Assembly: GCF_006345805.1 (NCBI RefSeq)
Contig: NC_043023.1
Location: 13,268,001-13,332,000, forward strand
DNA length: 64,000 nt
Direction: 5' to 3'
Origin: Octopus sinensis
Taxonomy: Eukaryota
Shown: one piece after another, positions 25,901 to 37,527 of the stretch
Layout: the number at the start of each line of letters is the position of its first letter
How positions within the stretch are numbered: position 1 is the first letter of the stretch
Made by a program: the position numbers and the translations under genes
Notes under the pieces: model-generated
Seen by the model: the letters and a program-made list of their open reading frames with translations, nothing else
Database searches by the model: none
What the model was told of the DNA's origin: nothing

Positions 25901-28811
25901 AAAATAATTTCCACGTAACTAAACACTTTAAAACTTCGTATACTGGTAGAATGTGTTTATAAGACATCTTTTTCTCTTGGCTTTATTGAGAAAATTCTAT
26001 AGTTTGTAAGATATTTGGGTCTTTTCGGTTTGACCGGCAGTTTTTAAAAAATAATTTCCACGTAACTAAACACTTTAAAACTTCGTATACTGGTAGAATG
26101 TGTTTATAAGACATCTTTTTCTCTTGGCTTTATTGAGAAAATTCTATAGTTTGTAAGATATTTGGGTCTTTTCGGTTTGACCGGCAGTTTTTAAAAAATA
26201 ATTTCCACGTAACTAAACACTTTAAAACTTCGTATACTGGTAGAATGTGTTTATAAAACATCTTTTTCTCTTGGCTTTATTGGAAAAATTCTATAGTTTG
26301 TAAGATATTTGGGTCTTTTCGGTTTGACCGGCAGTTTTTAAAAATAATTTCCACGTAACTAAACACTTTAAAACTTCGTATACTGGTAGAATGTGTTTAT
26401 AAGACATCTTTTTCTCTTGGCTTTATTGAGAAAATTCTATAGTTTGTAAGATATTTGGGTCTTTTCGGTTTGACCGGCAGTTTTTTAAAATAATTTCCAC
26501 GTAACTAAACACTTTAAAACTTCGTATACTGGTAGAATGTGTTTATAAAACATCTTCTTCTCTTGGCTTTATTGAGAAAATTCTATAGTTTGTAAGATAT
26601 TTGGGTCTTTTCGGTTTGACCGGCAGTTTTTAAAAATAATTTCCACGTAACTAAACACTTTTTAAACTTCGTATACTGGTAGAATGTGTTTATAAAACAT
26701 CTTTTTCTCTTGGCTTTATTGAGAAAATTCTATAGTTTGTAAGATATTTGGGTCTTTTCGGTTTGACCGGCAGTTTTTTTAAAATAATTTCCACGTAACT
26801 AAACACTTTTAAAACTTCGTATACTGGTAGAATGTGTTTATAAAACATCTTTTTCTCTTGGCTTTATTGAGAAAATTCTATAGTTTGTAAGATATTTGGG
26901 TCTTTTCGGTTTGACCGGCAGTTTTTTAAAAAATAATTTCCACGTAACTAAACACTTTTAAACTTCGTATACTGGTAGAATGTGTTTATAAAACATCTTT
27001 TTCTCTTGGCTTTATTGGAAAAATTCTATAGTTTGTAAGATATTTGGGTCTTTTCGGTTTGACCGGCAGTTTTTTTAAAAATAATTTCCACGTAACTAAA
27101 CACTTTTAAACTTCGTATACTGGTAGAATGTGTTTATAAAACATCTTCTTCTCTTGGCTTTATTGAGAAAATTCTATAGTTTGTAAGATATTTGGGTCTT
27201 TTCGGTTTGACCGGCAGTTTTTAAAAAATAATTTCCACGTAACTAAACACTTTAAAACTTCGTATACTGGTAGAATGTGTTTATAAAACATCTTTTTCTC
27301 TTGGCTTTATTGAGAAAATTCTATAGTTTGTAAGATATTTGGGTCTTTTCGGTTTGACCGGCAGTTTTTAAAAATAATTTCCACGTAACTAAACACTTTA
27401 AAACTTCGTATACTGGTAGAATGTGTTTATAAAACATCTTTTTCTCTTGGCTTTATTGAGAAAATTCTATAGTTTGTAAGATATTTGGGTCTTTTCGGTT
27501 TGACCGGCAGTTTTTAAAAAATAATTTCCACGTAACTAAACACTTTTAAAACTTCGTATACTGGTAGAATGTGTTTATAAAACATCTTTTTTCTCTTGCT
27601 TTATTGAGAAAATTCTATAGTTTGTAAGATATTTGGGTCTTTTCGGTTTGACCGGCAGTTTTTTAAAAAATAATTTCCACGTAACTAAAACTTTAAAACT
27701 TCGTATACTGGTAGAATGTGTTTATAAAACATCTTTTTCTCTTGGCTTTATTGGAAAAATTCTATAGTTTGTAAGATATTTGGGTCTTTTCGGTTGACCG
27801 GCAGTTTTTTTAAAAATAATTTCCACGTAACTAAACACTTTTAAACTTCGTATACTGGTAGAATGTGTTTATAAAACATCTTCTTCTCTTGGCTTTATTG
27901 AGAAAATTGTATAGTTTGTAAGATATTTGGGTCTTTTCGGTTTGACCGGCAGTTTTTAAAAATAATTTCCACGTAACTAAACACTTTTAAACTTCGTATA
28001 CTGGTAGAATGTGTTTATAAAACATCTTTTTCTCTTGGCTTTATTGAGAAAATTCTATAGTTTGTAAGATATTTGGGTCTTTTCGGTTTGACCGGCAGTT
28101 TTTTAAAAAATAATTTCCACGTAACTAAACACTTTAAAACTTCGTATACTGGTAGAATGTGTTTATAAAACATCTTTTTCTCTTGGCTTTATTGAGAAAA
28201 TTCTATAGTTTGTAAGATATTTGGGTCTTTTCGGTTTGACCGGCAGTTTTTTAAAAAATAATTTCCACGTAACTAAACACTTTAAAACTTCGTATACTGG
28301 TAGAATGTGTTTATAAAACATCTTTTTCTCTTGGCTTTATTGGAAAAATTCTATAGTTTGTAAGATATTTGGGTCTTTTCGGTTTGACCGGCAGTTTTTT
28401 TTAAAATAATTTCCACGTAACTAAACACTTTTAAACTTCGTATACTGGTAGAATGTGTTTATAAAACATCTTCTTCTCTTGGCTTTATTGAGAAACTTCT
28501 ATAGTTTGTAAGATATTTTGGTCTTTTCGGTTTGACCGGCAGTTTTTTAAAATAATTTCCACGTAACTAAACACTTTTTAAACTTCGTATACTGGTAGAA
28601 TGTGTTTATAAAACATCTTTTTCTCTTGGCTTTATTGAGAAAATTCTATAGTTTGTAAGATATTTGGGTCTTTTCGGTTTGACCGGCAGTTTTTTAAAAT
28701 AATTTCCACGTAACTAAACACTTTTAAACTTCGTATACTGGTAGAATGTGTTTATAAAACATCTTTTTCTCTTGGCTTTATTGAGAAAATTCTATAGTTT
28801 GTAAGATATTT
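16931..28811. repeat. Satellite array, 147-bp monomer, ~81 copies
   Basis: Monomer gggtcttttcggtttgaccggcag...gtttgtaagatattt counted as 147 nt; period checked (17081 to 17228); 11881/147 is about 81. Confidence 0.97.
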
Positions 28812-28952
28812 GTTGGTCCTTTTCGTCAATTTCTGCAATTTCAACCAATCAATGACGTCTATTGAGGTAAAAAAAAACATTCTGTGCCGTATGAAAATGT
28901 CCCTCGTTTAAGAAACAGATTGGGTTTATTTACATTTGTGAAGAAAAAAATA

Positions 28953-29525
28953 TACCTATTTCTTTACTACCCACAAGGGGCTAAACACAGACAAACGGAT
29001 TAAGTCGATTACATCAACCCCTGTGCGTAACTAGTACTTAATTAATCGACCCCGAAAGGATGAAAGGCAAAGTCGACCTCGGCGGAATTTGAACTCAGAA
29101 CGTAACGGTAGACGAAATACCTATTTCTATTTCTTTATTACCCACAAGGGGCTAAACACAGAGGGGACAAACAAAGACAGACATAGGTATTAAGTCGATT
29201 ACATCGACCTGAGTGCATAACTGGTACTTAATTTATCGACCCCGAAAGGATGAAAGGCAAAGTCGACCTCGGCGGAATTTGAACTCAGAACGTAACGCAG
29301 ACGAAATACCGCTAAGCATTTCGCCCGGCGTGCTAACGTTTCTGCCAGCTCGCCGCCTTCTTAAAGGGATTAAGTCGATTACATCGACCCCAGTGCGAAA
29401 CTGGTACTTTATTTATCGACCCCGAGGCAGAGTCGACCTCGGCGGAATTTGAACTCAGAACGTAACAGCAGACGAAATACGGCTACGCATTTCACCCGGC
29501 GTGCTCACGTTTCTGCCAGCTCGCA
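28953..29525 (-). mobile_element. SINE family C multimer inserted in element E
   Basis: 3-4 partial units, reverse complement of 13423-13954. Confidence 0.85.
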
Positions 29526-29739
29526 CCGTTCCCCCCACCTCTAACCCTAAAACAGATTGAAATGCAATAGATCGATTCTAGGGTCATAATTATGGGTGAC
29601 AATTTCATTTGACACCGCTAGAAAAAACTGCCGTTCAAACCGAAAAGATCCGAATGGAGGACTATGAAACGGAATAAAGAAGCAGTCACCTATTTCTTTA
29701 CTACCCACAAGGGGCTAAAATAGAGAAGCAGTCACCGTT

Positions 29740-29850
29740 AGATCAGTGGGTGCGCATGCAAAAGGGATAGTGACCGGAAGGAGAAGCAGTCACGCCAGGA
29801 AGGGACCGGAAGCTGGATGACATGACGTCAAGTAAGGAAGCTACAGGTTG
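29740..29850 (+). promoter_or_regulatory. Candidate ZNF2 promoter
   Basis: TGCGCATGCA 29751-29760 (NRF1-like), ACCGGAAG 29773-29780 and 29805-29812 (ETS-like), TGACGTCA 29823-29830 (CRE), in a GC-richer patch ~250 bp upstream of a GTAAGT donor. Confidence 0.45.
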
Positions 29851-30019
29851 TAGAAGGTCTTGGTCCTTATGGGGTCTGGGACGTGGTCAATTTATGAGCT
29901 GGAAACGGTTGTAGAGCGGAATATATGAGTACACATTGTGAAGATTATATTGTGAAAAACTGAAAAAACTTCAAGAAAACCACTTGAACGAATCCAGCCA
30001 TTCCGCCTGTGTTTAATGA

Positions 30020-30830
30020 AATAATTAATTAAGGTGCTTAATTAGCGGTCGCTGACTCGCAGTTTGTATCTGAACAGGGTAAGTTGACAAAGATTGACTT
30101 TAAGGCTGTAATAGTGTTGATAATACTACTAATAATAAGGTAAATAATAGAATTATGTGAACCTCTCGATGTTACATTAATTATTTTTCGAAGCGGGAAC
30201 CTGACAACAATTAAGAAAATATATTTACTCGTCTTAATTAATAACTTCCAAGCTGAAATTTTGGTCGGTCGTTTATGAAAACTGATGATCGACTTTTATA
30301 TGTGATATAAAGTAAATTAGTTGGTAAAATGAGAGTAATGTGGTATAATTAATTAGTAAAATGAGAAGAAACCGATTGAAGAATACCACATTAATTAACG
30401 TTGTCCCGTTGTTAATGAGGTATTGATAAAACGGTAAGTTGAGAAAGATTTACTTTAAGGCTGTAATGATAATAATAATAAGGTAAATAATTGAATTATG
30501 TGAACCTCTCGATGTTAGAGTAATTATTTTTCGAAGCGAAAACAGAATAGCATTAGGAAAATATATTTTCTCGTCTTAATTAATAAATTCTAAACTTAAA
30601 TATTGATATATTGTTTATGGGAACTTATATGATTGCCTGTTACGTGTGATATAAAGGAAATTAATTGGTATAATGAGAGTATAGCGCCGTAATTAATTAG
30701 TAAAATGAAACCGATTGAAGAATACCACATTAATTAATGTTATCCTTGTCCTGTTGTTTATGAAATACTGATAAAACTATAAGTTGATGATTTACTTTAA
30801 GGTTATATTAATATTTGTAATGATGATGAT
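30020..30830 (+). repeat. ~350-bp tandem unit upstream of ZNF2
   Basis: GTAAGT at 30079-30084 and 30434-30439 (period 355); inverted homologue of 12330-13090. Confidence 0.8.
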
Positions 30831-31039
30831 GGTTTCAAATTTTGGCCGGGGACCAGCATTATTTGAGGCGAGGGGGAAGTCGATTACAGGTAACCCAATT
30901 TTCTGTTGCTTCCTATTTCAACGATGTTGAAAGGATGATGGACAAATTCGACCTCGTTGGCTTTTGAACTTGCATATCTAAGATGGGCATTTTTGGATTA
31001 TGTGAGTCCTTCGTAGTTACAGTAATTATGTAGAAGTTA

Positions 31040-31610
31040 GGTACTATTTAAGAAGAGTGGTCCCGGTGCGCGCAGTCGCGTACTTGCGCATCTGCGCTAG
31101 CTAGTCGTGACTAGTCGATCCTACAACGATTACCTAGCAAAGTAAATAAAACACAAAATAAATAATTGGATCTTTTCCTTTTGAACGGCAGTTTGTAACA
31201 TAATTTCTAGGTAACTAAAAAATTTTAAACTTCGTATTCTGGTAAAATGTGTTTATAAAACATCTTTTTATCTTGGCTTTATTGAGAAAATTATGTTACA
31301 AACTGCTGTTCAAAAGGAAAAGATTCCGTTTTTGTACACGCGTAACAATTAAATTAATTTAACAATTAAGAAAAAAAAATTTAGGGTTAGGGTTAGGTTG
31401 AGGGTTAGTGACAGGATGTTGTCTCAGTTTTAGACGCAGTAAATGATTTTAGTTGAATGGAGGTAATCGATTGGTTAAAATTGCCAAAATGCTCGGATTT
31501 TCAGACGAAATATCTTACAAACTATAGAATTTTCTCAATAAAACCAAGAGAAAATGATGTTTTATAAACACATTCTACCAGTATACGAAGTTTAAAAGTT
31601 TTTCTTAATT
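31040..31610. mobile_element. Family F arm plus family E variant fragments carrying TTAGGG-like repeats
   Basis: ggtactat..ggtcccggtgcgcgc at 31040; ggatcttttccttt TIR at 31168; ttagggttagggttagg at 31381. Confidence 0.7.
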
Positions 31611-31613
31611 GTA

Positions 31614-31690
<77 letters not shown>

Positions 31691-32570
31691 GGCGCAGGAG
31701 TGGCTGTGTGGTAAGTAGCTTGCTTACGAACCACATGGTTCCGGGTTCAGTCCCACTGCGTGGCACCTTGGGTAAGTGACTTCTACTATAGCCTCGGGCT
31801 GAACAAAGCCTTGTGAGTGGATTTGATAGACGGAAACTAAAAGAAGCCCGTCGTATATATGTATATATATATATGTGTGTGTTTGTCCCCCTAGCATTGC
31901 TTGGCAACCGATGCTGGTGTGTTTATGTCCCCGTCACTTAGCAGTTCGACAAAAGAGACCGATAGAATAAGTACTGGGCTTACAAAAGAATAAGTCCTGG
32001 GGTCGATTTGCTCGACTAAAGGTGGTGCTCCAGCATGGCCGCAGTCATATGAATGAAACAAGTAAAAGGAAGAGAGTAAAGACTAAGCCACACCATGGGA
32101 AAGCAAAGAGTGGAAAGAGATAAATAATTAGACAAAGGTAGAAACATCATCATCATCATTTAGCGTCCGCTTTCCATGCTAGCATGGGTTGGACGGATCA
32201 ACTGGGGTCTGGGAAGCCAGAAGGCTGCACCAGGCCCAGTCTGATCTGGTGGAGTTTCTACGGCTGGATGCCCTTCTTAACGCCAACCACTCCAAGAGTG
32301 TAGTGGGTGCTTTTTACGTGCCACCGGCACAGGGGCCAGGCAGGGCTGGCAAACGACCACAGTTGGATGGTGCTTTTTACATGCCACTGGCGAGGCTGCA
32401 ACGGCCACCAGCATGGGGGCCAGATGAGGCTGGCAACGGCCACGTTCAGGTGGTTTGCTTACGTGCCACCGGCACTGGTATCGATTTCGATTTTGATTTC
32501 CATTTGCCTCAACAGGTCTTCACAAGTAGAGTTTTGTGTACCAAGAAGGAAAGGTTTGCATAAGCCAAGT
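31691..32570. mobile_element. SINE family A (plus, 31691-32080) and RTE 3'UTR (minus, 32147-32570)
   Basis: Match other copies in the window. Confidence 0.85.
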
Positions 32571-32599
32571 GATTCCTTTATATACAGAATGCTGTAAAA

Positions 32600-33165
32600 G
32601 TTTCAATGCCTCAATGGATTCTGACCCCTGCAAACATAGACATTAAATGGATGACAGTGTTGATGTTGTAAGATTTGCAATGTTGAATTACTATGTCGTT
32701 TAATGATTCTCTTTATTTCACTGCTTCTGTTTTTCTATTTCAGAATATTACATCCTGTTGATATGAAAGAAATTACTTCATTCAGATGTGCCTCTGATAT
32801 TTTATCAGCTCCCATCAACCAAAGGAAGATGATATATTTATAAGGAGCATTCATCAATACATCAAACTCATCTTATAAAGGAAATCTGTGAAAAACAACA
32901 GCAAAATATTTCTTCTGGACGATGGAATTAACAGCAACAATTTGAAGTCTTTGCTGTCTGGAATATAGAGGAGATTATTGTTTTACAGGTTAATTAAGCT
33001 TCGATAACTTTACAAAGGGTTAGACGATTGTCACCTCTTGATTTAGATATTAAGCAAAATCACAGATGAAAGAAGCATAGCATTAAATTATTCTCTGAAA
33101 ATATTAACTGAACAGAACACAAACTCATTCATAGAAATGGAGAAGACGCATTCATTGTGATACGC
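32600..33165 (+). other. Shared acceptor/5'UTR block of ZNF2
   Basis: tttttctatttcag acceptor ending at 32743; homologous to the ZNF1 and ZNF3 blocks. Confidence 0.7.
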
Positions 33166-34350
33166 ATGATAAATTATTCTCTCAAAATGCATCATTTAAC
33201 TAAACCAATAAACCCTGATGCAGGAGAGAAGCCATATCATTGTGACATTTGTGGTAAATCATTCTCTCAAAGTAGTCCCTTGACTAGGCACAAACGTACA
33301 CATACAGGAGACAAACCCTATCATTGTGATATCTGTGGTAAATCATTTTCTGAAAATAATACTTTAACTATTCACAAACGTATTCATACAGGAGAGAAGC
33401 CATTTTCTTGTGATATCTGTGGTAAATCATTCTCTCACAGTAGTAACTTAATTGGCCACAAACGTACACATACAGGAGAGAAACCATATCATTGTGATAT
33501 CTGTGGGAAATCATTCTCTGAAAGGAGTGACTTGACTAGACACAGACGTACACATACAGGAGAGAAACCATATCATTGTGATATTTGTGGTAAATCATTC
33601 ACTCAAAGTGGTTCCTTGACTGTACACAAACGTGTTCATACAGGAGAAAAGCCATATGATTGTGATATCTGTGGTAAATCATTCTCTGATTATAGTTACA
33701 TAACTGATCACAAACGTATTCATACAGGAGAGAAGCCATATCATTGTGATATCTGTGGCAAATCATTCTATCGTAATAGACAATTGGTTAATCACAAACG
33801 TACACATACAGGTGAGAAGCCATATCAGTGTGATATCTGTCGTAAATCATTCTCTCAAAGTGGGGACTTGAATAAACACAAACTTACACATACAGGAGAA
33901 AAGCCATATCATTGCGATATCTGTGGTAAAACATTTTCTGAAAAGAGTAACTTGACTAGACACAAACGTACACATACAGGAGAGAAACCATATCATTGTG
34001 ATATTTGTGGTAAATCATTCTCTGAAAGTGGTTCATTAGCCAAGCACAAACGTATTCATACAGGAGAGAAACCACATCACTGTGATATCTGTGGGAAATC
34101 ATTCTCTCACGGTAGTGATTTAACCAAGCACAAGCGGGTTCATACAGGAGAGAAGCCATATCATTGTGATATTTGTGGTAAATCATTCTCAGCAAGTAGC
34201 AATTTAACTTGTCACATACGTATTCATACTGGGGAAAAACCATATTTTTGTGGTATTTGTGGTAAATCATTTTCTAAAAATAGTGGTTTAACTAGTCACA
34301 AACGTGTTCATACAGAAGAGGCGCCATACCTCTGTGATGTCTTTGGTTAA
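33166..34350 (+). CDS. C2H2 zinc-finger protein ZNF2: 13 intact fingers
   Basis: Open frame of tandem fingers; track starts at GTG 33157, first ATG 33166; stop TAA lies in the inserted LINE tail. Confidence 0.92.
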   Translation: MINYSLKMHHLTKPINPDAGEKPYHCDICGKSFSQSSPLTRHKRTHTGDKPYHCDICGKSFSENNTLTIHKRIHTGEKPFSCDICGKSFSHSSNLIGHKRTHTGEKPYHCDICGKSFSERSDLTRHRRTHTGEKPYHCDICGKSFTQSGSLTVHKRVHTGEKPYDCDICGKSFSDYSYITDHKRIHTGEKPYHCDICGKSFYRNRQLVNHKRTHTGEKPYQCDICRKSFSQSGDLNKHKLTHTGEKPYHCDICGKTFSEKSNLTRHKRTHTGEKPYHCDICGKSFSESGSLAKHKRIHTGEKPHHCDICGKSFSHGSDLTKHKRVHTGEKPYHCDICGKSFSASSNLTCHIRIHTGEKPYFCGICGKSFSKNSGLTSHKRVHTEEAPYLCDVFG

Positions 34351-36367
34351 GTTAAGTTAATTTTTTGGCTCAAAAAGCGAAAAGCAAGGCCATGTAGGGG
34401 GACATGGAATTATGTACAGGGTGGTGTTCATGCAAAGAGTTCAGGCCATTTCTGGTCAAGAGAGACCTTGAACCGAGCGGTTGTTGGCATTTTCACTATC
34501 TCGTCCGGCAGCTTATTCCACAGATCCGCAACCCGGACGGAGAAAGCCCCTCTATAGAGAATTAAGGTCGAGCGTCTTACCACACAGCCACCCCTATGCC
34601 TATATTTATATTTAGAAGGTCATTTGTTATAGTCATTTACCATCAGTCTTGCATTTATAAAGCGCTTAGCTGTACAGGTTAGTTAAGTTAAGTTAATTTT
34701 TTGGCTCAAAAAGTGAAAAGCAAGGCCATGTATGGGGACATGGAATTATGTACAGGGAGGGTGTTTATGCAAGAGTTCAGGCCATTTCTGGTCAAGAGAG
34801 ACCTTGAACCGAGCGGTTGTCGGCATCTTCACTATCTCGTCCAGCACCTTATTCCACGGATCCGCAACCCGGACAGAGAAAGCCCCTCTCCTTCGATTGA
34901 GATGAAATCATCACAGATAGAGCTTTATATATATATATATTCAATTCAATTCAATTTTATTGGCTCAAAAAGCAAAAGCAAGGCCATGTATGGGGACATG
35001 GAGTTATGTACAGGGAGGGTGTTCAAGCAAAGAGTTCAGGCCATTTCTGGTCAAGAGAGACCTTGAACCGAGCGGTTGTTGGCATTTTCACTATCTCGTC
35101 CGGCAGCTTATTCCACAGATCCGCAACCCGGACGGAGAAAGCCCCTCTATAGAGAATTAAGGTCGAGCGTCTTACCACACAGCCACCCCTATGCCTATAT
35201 TTATATTTAGAAGGTCATTTGTTATAGTCATTTACCATCAGTCTTGCATTTATAAAGCGCTTAGCTGTACAGGTTAGTTAAGTTAAGTTAATTTTTTGGC
35301 TCAAAAAGTGAAAAGCAAGGCCATGTATGGGGACATGGAATTATGTACAGGGAGGGTGTTTATGCAAAGAGTTCAGGCCATTTCTGGTCAAGAGAGACCT
35401 TGAACCGAGCGGTTGTCGGCATCTTCACTATCTCGTCCGGCACCTTATTCCACGGATCCGCAACCCGGACAGAGAAAGCCCCTCTCCTTCGATTGAGATG
35501 AAATCATCACAGATAGAGCTTTATATATATATATATTCAATTCAATTCAATTTTATTGGCTCAAAAAGCAAAAGCAAGGCCATGTATGGGGACATGGAGT
35601 TATGTACAGGGAGGGTGTTCAAGCAAAGAGTTCAGGCCATTTCTGGTCAAGAGAGACTTTGAACCGAGCGGTCATCGGCATCTTCACTATGTCGTCCGGC
35701 AGCTTATCCAACGGATCCGCAACCCGGACGGAGAAAGCCCCTCTATAGAGAATAAAGGTCGAGCGTCTTACCACACAGCCACCCCTATGCCTATATTTAT
35801 ATTTAGAAGGTCATTTGTTATGATCATTTACCATCAGTCTTGCATTTATAAAGCACTTAGCTGTACAGGTTAGTTAAGTTAAGTTAAGTTAATTATTTGG
35901 CTCAAAAAGCAAAAACCAAGGCCATGTAGGGGGACATGGAATTATGTACAGGGTGGTGTTCATGCAAAGAGTTCAGGCCATTTCTGGTCAAGAGAGACCT
36001 TGAACCGAGCGGTCGTCGGCATCTTCACTATCTCGTCCGGCAGCTTATTTCACGGATCTGCAACCCGGACGGAGACAGCCCCTCTCCGATTGAGTTGAAG
36101 TCGTCGTAGATAGAGCTTTTCGGAGTGACCCCGCAGCCCACGCTCTCGAGTAGGAGTGAAGAACAGCTCTTTCGAGAGGTTACACTTTCCGCTTATGATG
36201 TTGTGAGCAAGAATGAGATCACCACGGCGTCATCGTTTTTCTGGAGAATAAAGGTCGAGCGTCTTCAGCCTTTCTTCATAAGATAAATGCTTGAGACCAA
36301 GAACCATGCGGGTAGCCAGCTTCTGGACTCTTTCGATATGATGTATGTCTTTGAGGAGATAAGGAGG
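34348..36367 (-). mobile_element. Tandemly amplified CR1-like LINE 3' ends
   Basis: Homologous to 40234-40710; spacer accacacagcc recurs at 34579, 35174, 35770 (period ~596). Confidence 0.85.
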
Positions 36368-36530
36368 TGGTAAATCATTCTCTGAACTGAGTGCTTCAGC
36401 TAAAGACATGTGGGCACATACAGGGGAGAAGCCATAACATTCCAACACATGTGGTAGTTTTCTTTTGAAGATGGTGTTTTAACTATTCCTGAACATGTTC
36501 ATGCTAGCGAGAAACTATGTACTTAGGATA
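36368..36530 (+). pseudogene. Degenerate finger tail of ZNF2 beyond the LINE insertion
   Basis: GKSFSELSASAKDMWAHTGEKP* continues the YLCDVF finger; homologous to 59478-59600. Confidence 0.75.
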
Positions 36531-37383
36531 TCTGTCATCATCATCATTGTTCGACCGTGGCCAAGACAATGGTATTTACCATGCTACGCCAGACTTCACA
36601 GTCCATCATGGCATTACGGAGGTCCTGTTGCTGGATGCCTGTATCCCTGGAGATTACATCAGGGTAGGAGAGAGTGCACCCTCTGGTATCACGACTGTGG
36701 TCGAGACAATGGAATTTACCATGCTACGCCAGACTTCATGGTCCATCATAGCATTACGGAGGTCCTGTTGCTGGATGCTTGTATCCCTGGAGATTACATC
36801 AGGGTAGGAGAGTGTGCGACCGTGGTCGAGACAATGGAATTTACCATGCTACGCCAGACTTCACGGTCCATCATAGCATTATGGAGGTCCTGTTGCTGGA
36901 TGCCTGTATCCCTGGAGATTACATCAGGGTAGGAGAGTGTGCGACCGTGGTCGAGACAATGGAATTTACCATGCTACGCCAGACTTCACGGTCCATCATA
37001 GCAGGGTAGGAGAGTGTGCGCCCTCTGGTATCGCGACCGTGGTCAAGACAATAGAATCTACCATGTTACGCCAGACTTCACGGTCCATCATAGCATTACG
37101 GAGGTCCTGTTGCTGGATGCCTGTATCCCTGGAGATTACATCAGGGTAGGAGAGTGTGCACCCTCTGGTATCGCGACCGTGGTCGAGACAATGGAATCTA
37201 CCATGCTACGTCAGACTTCACGGTCCATCATAGCATTACGGAGCGTCATTCAACCAAAATGCAAATATATGGGAAACTACCACCTGTATCATCTCTTGTG
37301 AAAGGTAGGAGAGTCCAGTTTGCTGGATATTGTTGTAGAGCTGAAAACGAGGTAATTTCTACTCTTCTCCTCTGGAAGCCATC
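36531..37383 (-). mobile_element. RTE-X-like LINE 3' end, tandemly repeated, with an inverted upstream segment
   Basis: Minus-strand units read ..RDTGIQQQDLRNAMMDREVWRSMV.. with a (gat)n tail at 36531-36546; plus strand 37243-37383 reads IYGKLPPVSSLVKGRRVQFAGYCCR..LLLWKPS. Confidence 0.7.
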
Positions 37384-37527
37384 TCACAAGGTTTTGGTCA
37401 GACCAAGACTATAGTGGAAGGCACACACTTCAGATGCCATGCAGTGGGATGGAACCCAGAACCATGCGGTTTGCAAAAAGATTTCTTATGACACAGACTA
37501 CTTACATTATTCTAGTTTTGTTACAAG

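Larger units (their letters stand above)
16931..29651. mobile_element. TIR element family E hosting the satellite
   Basis: Left TIR ggatcttttcggtttga at 16931; interior resumes at 28812 as in the copy at 51544-52321; right TIR ctgccgttcaaaccgaaaagatcc ends at 29651. Confidence 0.9.

Noticed and set aside
19401-27017. Strict ~3.8-kb (26-monomer) higher-order repeat
   Set aside because: Two spacings fit (19401, 23204, 27017) but other variant positions do not; needs computation
16931-28811. Satellite as a CRISPR-like array
   Set aside because: Units are contiguous and near-identical with no unique spacers; no cas genes; eukaryotic context
31381-31410. Telomere or fusion relic (TTAGGG repeats; also 39640-39670)
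   Set aside because: Short tracts internal to family E variants
33956-34270. Repetitive antisense ORF MIYHKYH.. (also 56996-57223)
   Set aside because: Shadow frame of the finger array
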